Shown: positions 1-10,851 of the stretch, one piece after another | Layout of the letters: each line of letters begins with the position of its first letter | How positions within the stretch are numbered: position 1 is the first letter of the stretch | Assembly (NCBI GenBank): GCA_964016885.1 | Contig: CAXHJY010001472.1 | Location: 558,001 to 622,000 of the forward strand | Reading direction: 5' to 3' | DNA length: 64,000 nucleotides | Source: Eledone cirrhosa | Lineage: Eukaryota | The notes under the pieces: model-generated | The model's database searches: none | The model's input: the letters and a program-made list of their open reading frames with translations, nothing else | Told to the model about the DNA's origin: nothing | Made by a program: the position numbers and the translations under genes

Positions 1-1016
1 TTGGACGGCTGCAAATTATCTCCCCTTGATTTTTTTTACAAATTATCTCCCCCTGATTTTTTTTTACAAATTATCTCCCCCTGATTTTTTTTTTACAAAT
101 CTCCGCCTGATTTTTAAAAAAAATTATCTCCCCTTGGACGGCTGGAAATTATCTCCCCTTGGACGGCTGGAAATTATCTTCCCTTGGACGGCTAGAAATT
201 ACCTCTCCTTGGACGGCTGAAAATTATCTCCCCTTGGACGGCTGGAAATTATCTCCCCTTGATTTTTTTACAAATTATCTGCCCCTGATTTTTTTTTTAC
301 AAATTATCTCCCCCTGATTTTTTTAAAAATGATCTCCCCTTGGACGGCTGGAAATGATCTCCCCTTGGCTGGTTGGAAATTATCTCCCCTTGGACCGCTA
401 GAAATAATCTCTCCTTGGACGGCTGGAAATTATCTCCCCTTGATTTTTTTTTACAAATCTCCCCCTAATTTAAAAAAAAATTATCTCCCCTTCGCTGGCT
501 GGAAATTATCTCCCTTTGGACGGCTGGAAATTATAGCCCCTTGTAGGGCTGGAAATTATCTCCCCTTGGACGGCTGGAAATTATCTCCCCTTGATTTTCT
601 TTACAAATTATCTCCCCCTGACTTTTTTAAAAATGATCTCCCCTTGGACGGCTGGAAATGATCTCCCCTTGGCTGGTTGGAAATTTTCTCCCCTTGGACC
701 GCTAGAAATTATCTCTCCTTGGACGGCTGGAAATTATCTCCCCATGATTTTTTTACAAATTATCTCCCCCTGATTTTTTTTACAAATCTCCCAGTGATTT
801 TTTAAAAAAATTATCTCCCCTTCGCTGGCTGGAAATTATCTCCCCTTGGACGCTGGAAATTATAGCCCCTTGGAGGGCTGGAAATTATCTTCCCTTGGAC
901 GGCTGGAAATTATCTCCCCTTGATTTTTTTTACAAATTATCTCCCCCTGATTTTTTTTTACAAATTATCTCCCCCTGATTTTTTTTACAAATTATCTCCC
1001 CCTGATTTTTTTTAAC

Positions 1017-1141
1017 AAATTATCTCCCCTTGGACGGCTGGAAATTATCTCCCCTTGGACGGCTGGAAATTATCTCCCCTTGGACGGCTAGAAATTACCT
1101 CTCCTTGGACAGCTGAAAATTATCTCCCCTTGGACGGCTGC
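1017..1141 (+). repeat. Example run of unit A (25 bp, AAATTATCTCCCCTTGGACGGCTGG), five copies
   Basis: Direct reading. The run shows the recurrent ordered variant series ...CTGG, CTGG, CTAG, (ACCTCTCC)CTGA, CTGC. Such runs, mostly 2-6 units and up to about 8, occur throughout the window. Confidence 0.97.
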
Positions 1142-2965
1142 AAATTATCTCCCCTTGATTTTTTTTACAAATTATCTCCCCTTGATTTTTTTTTACAAAT
1201 TATCTCCCCCTGATTTTTTTTACAAATTATCTCCCCCTGATTTTTTTTTACAAATTATCTCCCCCTGATTTTTTTTACAAAATATCTCCCCCTGATTTTT
1301 TTACAAATTATCTCCCCCTGATTTTTTTTACAATCTCCGCCTGATTTTTTTAAAAATTATCTTGCCTTGGCTGGCTGGAAATTATCTCCCCTTGGACGGC
1401 TGGAAATTATCTCCCCTTGGAAGGATGGAAATTATCTCCCCTTGGACGGCTGGAAATTATCTCCCCTTGCACGGCTGGAAATTATCTCCCCTTGGACAGC
1501 TGGAAATTATCTGCCCTTGATTTTGTTTTTACAAATTATGTTCCCCTGATTTTTTTTACAAATTATCTCCACCTGATTTTTTAAAAAATTATCTCCCCTT
1601 GGACGGCTGGAAATTATCTCCCCTTGGTTGGAAATTATCTCCCCTTGGACGGCTAGAAATTATCTCTGTTTGGACGGCTGGAAATTATCTCCCTTTGATT
1701 TTTTTAACAAATTATCTCCCTCTGATTTTTTTTACAAATCTCCCCCTGATTTTTTTAAAAAAATTATCTCCCCTTCGCTGGCTGGAAATTATCTCCCCTT
1801 GGACACTGGAAATTATAGCCCCCTGGAGGGCTGGAAATTATCTTCCCTTGGACGGCTGGAAATTATCTCCCCTTGATTTTTTTTACAAATTATCTCCCCC
1901 TGATTTTTTTTTTACAAATTATCTCCCCCTGATTTTTTTTACAAATTATCTCCCCCTGATTTTTTTACAAATTATCTCCGCCTGATTTTTTTAAAAATTA
2001 TCTTCCCTTGGCTGGCGGGAAATTATCTCCCCTTGGACGGCTGGAAATTATCTCCCCTTGGAAGGATGGAAATTATCTCCCCTTGGACAGCTGGAAATTA
2101 TCTCCCCTTGGACGGCTGAAAATTATCTCCCCTTGATTTTTTTTTTACAAATTATCTCCCCCTGATTTTTTTTTACAAATTATCTCCCCCTGATTTTTTT
2201 TTACAAATTATCTCTCCCTGATTTTTTTTTACAAATATCTCCCCTTGGCTGGCTGGAAATTATCTCCCCTTGGACGGTTGGAAATTATCTCCTCTTGGAC
2301 GGCTGGAAATTATCTCCCCTTGGACGGCTGGAAATTATCTCCTCTTGGACGGCTGGAAATTATCTCCCCTTGGACGGCTGGAAATTATCTGCCCTTGATT
2401 TTTTTTTACAAATTATCTCCCCCTGATTTTTTTAAAAATGATCTCCCCTTGGACGGCTGGAAATGATCTCCCCTTGGCTGGTTGGAAATTATCTCCCCTT
2501 GGACCGCTAGAAATTATCTCTCCTTGGACGGCTGGAAATTATCTCCCCTTGTTTTTTTTACAAATTATCTCGTCCTGATTTTTTTTACAAATCTCCCAGT
2601 GATTTTTAAAAAAAAATTATCTCCCCTTCGCTGGCTGGAAATTATCTCACCTCGGACGCTGGAAATTATAGCCCCTTGGAGGGCTGGAAATTATCTTCAC
2701 TTGGACGGCTGGAAATTATCTCCCCTTGATTTTTTTACAAATTATCTCCCCCTGATTTTTTTTTACAAATTATCTCCCCCGGATTTTTTTTTATAAATTA
2801 TCTCCCCCTGATTTTTTTTAACAAATTATCTCCGCCTGATTTTTAAAAAAAATTATCTCCCCTTAGACGGCTGGAAATTATCTCCCCTTGGACGGCTGGA
2901 AATTATCTCCCCTTGGACGGCTAGAAATTGGACGGCTGAAAATTATCTCCCCTTGGACGGCTGCA

Positions 2966-3265
2966 AATTATCTCCCCTTGATTTTTTTTACAAATTATCT
3001 CCCCCTGATTTTTTTTTACAAATTATCTCCCCCTGATTTTTTTTTACAAATTATCTCCCCCTGATTTTTTTTTACAAATTATCTACCCCTGATTTTTTTT
3101 TACAAATTATCTCCCCCTGATTTTTTTTTACAAATTATCTCCCCCTGATTTTTTTTTACAAATTATCTCCCCCTGATTTTTTTTTTACAAATTATCTCCC
3201 CCTGATTTTTTTACAAATTATCTCCCCCTGATTTTTTTTACAATCTCCGCCTGATTTTTTAAAAA
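2966..3265 (+). repeat. Long run of unit B (AAATTATCTCCCCCTGA-Tn-AC, ~26-30 bp), about 11 copies
   Basis: Direct reading. Equivalent runs lie at ~13790-14095, ~44790-45092 and ~54780-55105 (approximate). Confidence 0.95.
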
Positions 3266-5099
3266 ATGATCTCCCCTTGGACGGCTGGAAATGATCTCCC
3301 CTTGGCTGGTTGGAAATTATCTCCCCTTGGACCGCTAGAAATTATCTCTCCTTGGACGGCTGGAAATTATCTCCCCTTGATTTTTTTACAAATTATCTCC
3401 CCCTGATTTTTTTTACAAATCTCCCAGTGATTTTTTTAAAAAAATTATCTCCCCTTCGCTGGCTGGAAATTATCTCCCCTTGGACGCTGGAAATTATAGC
3501 CCCCTTGGAGGGCTGGAAATTATCTTCCCTTGGACGGCTGGAAATTATCTCCCCTTGATTTTTTTTACAAATTATCTCCCCCTGATTTTTTTTTACAAAT
3601 TATCTCCGCCTGATTTTTAAAAAAAAATTATCTCCCCTTGGACGGCTGGAATTATCTCCCCTTGGACGGCTGGAAATTATCTCCCCTTGGACGGCTAGAA
3701 ATTACCTCTCCTTGGACGGCTGAAAATTATCTCCCCTTGGACGGCTGCAAATTATCTCCCCTTGATTTTTTTTACAAATTATCTCCCCCTGATTTTTTTT
3801 TACAAATTATCTACCCCTGATTTTTTTTACAAATTATCTCCCCCTGATTTTTTTTTACAAATTATCTCCCCCTGATTTTTTTTTACAAATTATCTCCCCC
3901 TGATTTTTTTACAAATTATCTCCCCCTGATTTTTTTTACAATCTCCGCCTGATTTTTTAAAAAATAATCTTCCCTTGGCTGGCGGGAAATTATCTCCCCT
4001 TGGACGGCTGGAAATTATCTCCCCTTGGAAGGATAGAAATTATCTCCCCTTGGACGGCTGGAAATTATCTCCCCTTGCACGGCTGGAAATTATCTCCCCT
4101 TGGACAGCTGGAAATTATCTGCCCTTGATTTTGTTTTTACAAATTATCTCCCCCTGATTTTTTTTACAAATTATCTCCACCTGATTTTAAAAAAAATTAT
4201 CTCCCCTTGGACGGCTGGAAATTATCTCCCCTTGGCTGGAAATTATCTCCCCTTGGACGGCTAGAAATTATCTCTCTTTGGACGGCTGGAAATTATCTCC
4301 CTTTGATTTTTTTTACAAATTATCTCCCTCTGATTTTTTTTACAAATCTCCCCCTGATTTTTAAAAAAAAATTATCTCCCCTTCGCTGGCTGGAAATTAT
4401 CTCCCCTTGGACACTGGAAATTATAGCCCCTTGGAGGGCTGGAAATTATCTTCCCTTGGACGGCTGGAAATTATCTCCCCTTGATTTTTTTTACAAATTA
4501 TCTCCCCCTGATATTTTTTTTACAAATTATCTCCCCCTGATTTTTTTACAAATTATCTCCCCCTGATTTTTTTTACAAATTATCTCCGCCTGATTTTTTT
4601 AAATATTATCTTCCCTTGGCTGGCGGGAAATTATCTCCCCTTGGACGGTTGGAAATTATCTCCCCTTGCACTGCTGGAAATTATCTCCCCTTGGACGGCT
4701 GGAAATTATCTCCCCTTGCACGGCTGGAAATTATCATCCCCTTGGACGGCTGAAAATTATCTCCCCTTGATTTTTTTTTACAAATTATCTGCCCCTGATT
4801 TTTTTTTACAAATTATCTCCCCCTGATTTTTTTTTACAAATTATCTCCGCCTGATTTTTAAAAAAAAATTATCTCCCCTTAGACGGCTGGAAATTATCTC
4901 CCCTTGGACGGCTGGAAATTATCTCCCCTTGGACGGCTAGAAATTGGACGGCTGAAAATTATCTCCCCTTGGACGGCTGCAAATTATCTCCCCTTGATTT
5001 TTTTTACAAATTATCTCCCCCTGATTTTTTTTTACAAATTATCTCCCCCTGATTTTTTTTTTACAAATTATCTCCCCCTGATTTTTTTACAAATTATCT

Positions 5100-8000
5100 C
5101 CCCCTGATTTTTTTTACAATCTCCGCCTGATTTTTTAAAAAATTATCTTCCCTTGGCTGGCGGGAAATTATCTCCCCTTGGACGGCTGGAAATTATCTCC
5201 CCTTGGCTGGAAATTATCTCCCCTTGGACACTGGAAATTATAGCCCCTTGGAGGGCTGGAAATTATCTTCCCTTGGACGGCTGGAAATTATCTCCCCTTG
5301 ATTTTTTTACAAATTATCTGCCCCTGATTTTTTTTTACAAATTATCTCCCCCTGATTTTTTTTTTACAAATTATCTACCCCTGATTTTTTTTACAAATTA
5401 TCTCCCCCTGATTTTTTTTTTACAAATTATCTCCCCCTGATTTTTTTAAAAATGATCTCCCCTTGGACGGCTGGAAATGATCTCCCCTTGGCTGGTTGGA
5501 AATTATCTCCCCTTGGACCGCTAGAAATTATCTCTCCTTGGACGGCTGGAAATTATTTCCCCTTGATTTTTTTTACAAATCTCCCCCTAATTTAAAAAAA
5601 AATTATCTCCCTTTCGCTGGCTGGAAATTATCTCCCTTTGGACGGCTGGAAATTATAGCCCCTTGTAGGGCTGGAAATTATCTCCCCTTGGACGGCTGGA
5701 AATTATCTCCCCTTGATTTTTTTTACAAATTATCTCCCCCTGATTTTTTTTAAAAATGATCTCCCCTTGGACGGCTGGAAATGATCTCCCCTTGGCTGGT
5801 TGGAAATTATCTCCCCTTGGACCGCTAGAAATTATCTCTCCTTGGATGGCTGGAAATTATCTCCCCTTGATTTTTCTACAAATTATCTCCCCCTGATTTT
5901 TTTTACAAATCTCCCAGTGATTTTTAAAAAAAATTTTCTCCCCTTCGCTGGCTGGAAATTATCTCCCCTTGGACGCTGGAAATTATAGCCCCTTGGAAGG
6001 CTGGAAATTATCTTCCCTTGGACGGCTGGAAATTATCTCCCCTTGATTTTTTTTTACAAATTATCTCCCCCTGATTTTTTTTTTTACAAATTATCTCCCC
6101 CTGATTTTTTTTAACAAATTATCTCCGCCTGATTTTTTTAAAAAAATTATCTCCCCTTGGACGGCTGGAAATTATCTCCCCTTGGACGGCTGGAAATTAT
6201 CTCCCCTTGGACGGCTAGAAATTACCTCTCCTTGGACGGCTGAAAATTATCTCCCCTTGGACGGCTGCAAATTATCTCCCCTTGATTTTTTTTACAAATT
6301 ATCTCCCCTTGATTTTTTTTTATAAATTATCTCCCCCTGATTTTTTTTACAAATTATCTTCCCTTGGACGGCTGGAAATTATCTCCCCTTGGAAGGATGG
6401 AAATTATCTCCCCTTGGACGGCTGGAAATTATCTCCCCTTGCACGGCTGGAAATTATCTCCCCTTGGACAGCTGGAAATTATCTGCCCTTGATTTTTTTT
6501 TACAAATTATCTCCCCCTGATTTTTTTTTACAAATTATCTCCCCCTGATTTTTTTTTTACAAATTATCTCCGCCTGATTTTTTTTTAAAATTATCTCCCC
6601 TTGGACGGCTGGAAATTATCTCCCCTTGGACGGCTGGAAATTATCTTCCCTTGGACGGCTAGAAATTACCTCTCCTTGGACGGCTGAAAATTATCTCCCC
6701 TTGGACGGCTGGAAATTATCTCCCCTTGATTTTTTTACAAATTATCTGCCCCTGATTTTTTTTTACAAATTATCTCCCCCTGATTTTTTTTTACAAATTA
6801 TCTCCCCCTGATTTTTTTTTACTAATTATCTCCCCCTGATTTTTTTTTTACAAATTATCTCCCCCTGATTTTTTTACAAATTATCTCCCCCTGATTTTTT
6901 TTACAATCTCCGCCTGATTTTTTAAAAAATTATCTTCCCTTGGCTGGCGGGAAATTATCTCCCCTTGGACGGCTGGAAATTATCTCCCCTTGGCTGGAAA
7001 TTATCTCCCCTTGGACACTGGAAATTATAGCCCCTTGGAGGGCTGGAAATTATCTTCCCTTGGACGGCTGGAAATTATCTCCCCTTGATTTTTTTACAAA
7101 TTATCTGCCCCTGATTTTTTTTTTACAAATTATCTCCCCCTGATTTTTTTTTACAAATTATCTACCCCTGATTTTTTTTACAAATTATCTCCCCCTGATT
7201 TTTTTTTTACAAATTATCTCCCCCTGATTTTTTTAAAAATGATCTCCCCTTGGACGGCTGGAAATGATCTCCCCTTGGCTGGTTGGAAATTATCTCCCCT
7301 TGGACCGCTAGAAATTATCTCTCCTTGGACGGCTGGAAATTATTTCCCCTTGATTTTTTTTACAAATCTCCCCCTAATTTAAAAAAAAATTATCTCCCCT
7401 TCGCTGGCTGGAAATTATCTCCCTTTGGACGGCTGGAAATTATAGCCCCTTGTAGGGCTGGAAATTATCTCCCCTTGGACGGCTGGAAATTATCTCCCCT
7501 TGATTTTTTTTACAAATTATCTCCCCCTGATTTTTTTTAAAATGATCTCCCCTTGGACGGCTGGAAATGATCTCCCCTTGGCTGGTTGGAAATTATCTCC
7601 CCTTGGACCGCTAGAAATTATCTCTCCTTGGATGGCTGGAAATTATCTCCCCTTGATTTTTTTACAAATTATCTCCCCCTGATTTTTTTTACAAATCTCC
7701 CAGTGATTTTTAAAAAAAATTTTCTCCCCTTCGCTGGCTGGAAATTATCTCCCCTTGGACGCTGGAAATTATAGCCCCTTGGAAGGCTGGAAATTATCTT
7801 CCCTTGGACGGCTGGAAATTATCTCCCCTTGATTTTTTTTTACAAATTATCTCCCCCTGATTTTTTTTTTACAAATTATCTCCCCCTGATTTTTTTTAAC
7901 AAATTATCTCCGCCTGATTTTTTTAAAAAAATTATCTCCCCTTGGACGGCTGGAAATTATCTCCCCTTGGACGGCTGGAAATTATCTCCCCTTGGACGGC

Positions 8001-8280
8001 TAGAAATTACCTCTCCTTGGACGGCTGAAAATTATCTCCCCTTGGACGGCTGCAAATTATCTCCCCTTGATTTTTTTTACAAATTATCTCCCCTTGATTT
8101 TTTTTTACAAATTATCTCCCCCTGATTTTTTTTACAAATTATCTTCCCTTGGACGGCTGGAAATTATCTCCCCTTGGAAGGATGGAAATTATCTCCCCTT
8201 GGACGGCTGGAAATTATCTCCCCTTGCACGGCTGGAAATTATCTCCCCTTGGACAGCTGGAAATTATCTGCCCTTGATTT
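5100..8280 (+). repeat. ~1.785-kb higher-order repeat (about 68 units), about 1.8 tandem copies here
   Basis: Constant offsets of matching ORFs: 5153->6940, 5496->7283, 5800->7586 and 6282->8067 (1785-1787). The same period appears at 16272->18057, 22043->23828, 33275->35060 and 57046->58833. Confidence 0.9.
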
Positions 8281-10570
8281 TGTTTTTACAAATTATCTCC
8301 CCCTGATTTTTTTTACAAATTATCTCCACCTGATTTTTAAAAAAATTATCTCCCCTTGGACGGCTGGAAATTATCTCCCCTTGGCTGGAAATTATCTCCC
8401 CTTGGACGGCTAGAAATTATCTCTCTTTGGACGGCTGGAAATTATCTCCCTTTGATTTTTTTAACAAATTATCTCCCTCTGATTTTTTTTACAAATCTCC
8501 CCCTGATTTTTTTAAAAAAATTATCTCCCCTTCGCTGGCTGGAAATTATCTCCCCTTGGACACTGGAAATTATAGCCCCCTGGAGGGCTGGAAATTATCT
8601 TCCCTTGGACGGCTAGAAATTACCTCTCCTTGGACGGCTGAAAATTATCTCCCCTTGGACGGCTGGAAATTATCTCCCCTTGATTTTTTTACAAATTATC
8701 TGCCCCTGATTTTTTTTTACAAATTATCTCCCCCTGATTTTTTTTTACAAATTATCTCCCCCTGATTTTTTTTTACAAATTATCTCCCCCTGATTTTTTT
8801 TTTACAAATTATCTCCCCCTGATTTTTTTACAAATTATCTCCCCCTGATTTTTTTTACAATCTCCGCCTGATTTTTTAAAAAATTATCTTCCCTTGGCTG
8901 GCGGGAAATTATCTCCCCTTGGACGGCTGGAAATTATCTCCCCTTGGCTGGAAATTATCTCCCCTTGGACACTGGAAATTATAGCCCCTTGGAGGGCTGG
9001 AAATTATCTTCCCTTGGACGGCTGGAAATTATCTCCCCTTGATTTTTTTACAAATTATCTGCCCCTGATTTTTTTTTTACAAATTATCTCCCCCTGATTT
9101 TTTTTTACAAATTATCTACCCCTGATTTTTTTTACAAATTATCTCCCCCTGATTTTTTTTTTACAAATTATCTCCCCCTGATTTTTTTAAAAATGATCTC
9201 CCCTTGGACGGCTGGAAATGATCTCCCCTTGGCTGGTTGGAAATTATCTCCCCTTGGACCGCTAGAAATTATCTCTCCTTGGACGGCTGGAAATTATTTC
9301 CCCTTGATTTTTTTTACAAATCTCCCCTTAATTTAAAAAAAAATTATCTCCCCTTCGCTGGCTGGAAATTATCTCCCTTTGGACGGCTGGAAATTATAGC
9401 CCCTTGTAGGGCTGGAAATTATCTCCCCTTGGACGGCTGGAAATTATCTCCCCTTGATTTTTTTTACAAATTATCTCCCCCTGATTTTTTTAAAAATGAT
9501 CTCCCCTTGGACGGCTGGAAATGATCTCCCCTTGGCTGGTTGGAAATTATCTCCCCTTGGACCGCTAGAAATTATCTCTCCTTGGATGGCTAGAAATTAT
9601 CTCCCCTTGATTTTTCTACAAATTATCTCCCCCTGATTTTTTTTACAAATCTCCCAGTGATTTTTAAAAAAAATTTTCTCCCCTTCGCTGGCTGGAAATT
9701 ATCTCCCCTTGGACGCTGGAAATTATAGCCCCTTGGAAGGCTGGAAATTATCTTCCCTTGGACGGCTGGAAATTATCTCCCCTTGATTTTTTTTTACAAA
9801 TTATCTCCCCCTGATTTTTTTTTTTACAAATTATCTCCCCCTGATTTTTTTTAACAAATTATCTCCGCCTGATTTTTTTAAAAAAATTATCTCCCCTTGA
9901 ACGGCTGGAAATTATCTCCCCTTGGACGGCTGGAAATTATCTCCCCTTGGACGGCTAGAAATTACCTCTCCTTGGACGGCTGAAAATTATCTCCCCTTGG
10001 ACGGCTGCAAATTATCTCCCCTTGATTTTTTTTACAAATTATCTCCCCTTGATTTTTTTTTACAAATTATCTCCCCCTGATTTTTTTTACAAATTATCTT
10101 CCCTTGGACGGCTGGAAATTATCTCCCCTTGGAAGGATGGAAATTATCTCCCCTTGGACGGCTGGAAATTATCTCCCCTTGCACGGCTGGAAATTATCTC
10201 CCCTTGGACAGCTGGAAATTATCTGCCCTTGATTTTGTTTTTACAAATTATCTCCCCCTGATTTTTTTTACAAATTATCTCCACCTGATTTTTTTAAAAA
10301 TTATCTCCCCTTGGACGGCTGGAAATTATCTCCCCTTGGCTGGAAATTATCTCCCCTTGGACGGCTAGAAATTATCTCTCTTTGGACGGCTGGAAATTAT
10401 CTCCCTTTGATTTTTTTAACAAATTATCTCCCTCTGATTTTTTTTACAAATCTCCCCCTGATTTTTTTAAAAAAATTATCTCCCCTTCGCTGGCTGGAAA
10501 TTATCTCCCCTTGGACACTGGAAATTATAGCCCCCTGGAGGGCTGGAAATTATCTTCCCTTGGACGGCTG
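6640..10570 (+). repeat. 1,954-bp tandem duplication (~6640-8610 / ~8595-10570)
   Basis: Offsets 6940->8894, 7283->9237 and 7500->9454 (1954), and 8067->10022 and 8356->10311 (1955). The junction lies within GGCTGGAAATTATCTTCCCTTGGACGGCT at ~8586-8614. Confidence 0.85.
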
Positions 10571-10851
10571 GAAATTATCTCCCCTTGATTTCTTTTACAA
10601 ATTATCTCCCCCTGATTTTTTTTTACAAATTATCTCCCCCTGATTTTTTTTACAAATTATCTCCCCCTGATTTTTTTTTACAAATTATCTCCCCCTGATA
10701 TTTTTTTTACAAATTATCTCCGCCTGATTTTTTAAAAAAAATTATCTCCCCTTGGACGGCTGGAAATTATCTCCCCTTGGACGGCTGGAAATTATCTCCC
10801 CTTGGACGGCTAGAAATTACCTCTCCTTGGACGGCTGAAAATTATCTCCCC

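Noticed and set aside
2010-2020. Chi-like sequences (GCTGGCGG, GCTGGTTGG, GCTGGCTGG)
   Set aside because: I saw no exact E. coli Chi GCTGGTGG. The near matches are expected derivatives of the GGCTGG tail, and nothing indicates a bacterial context.
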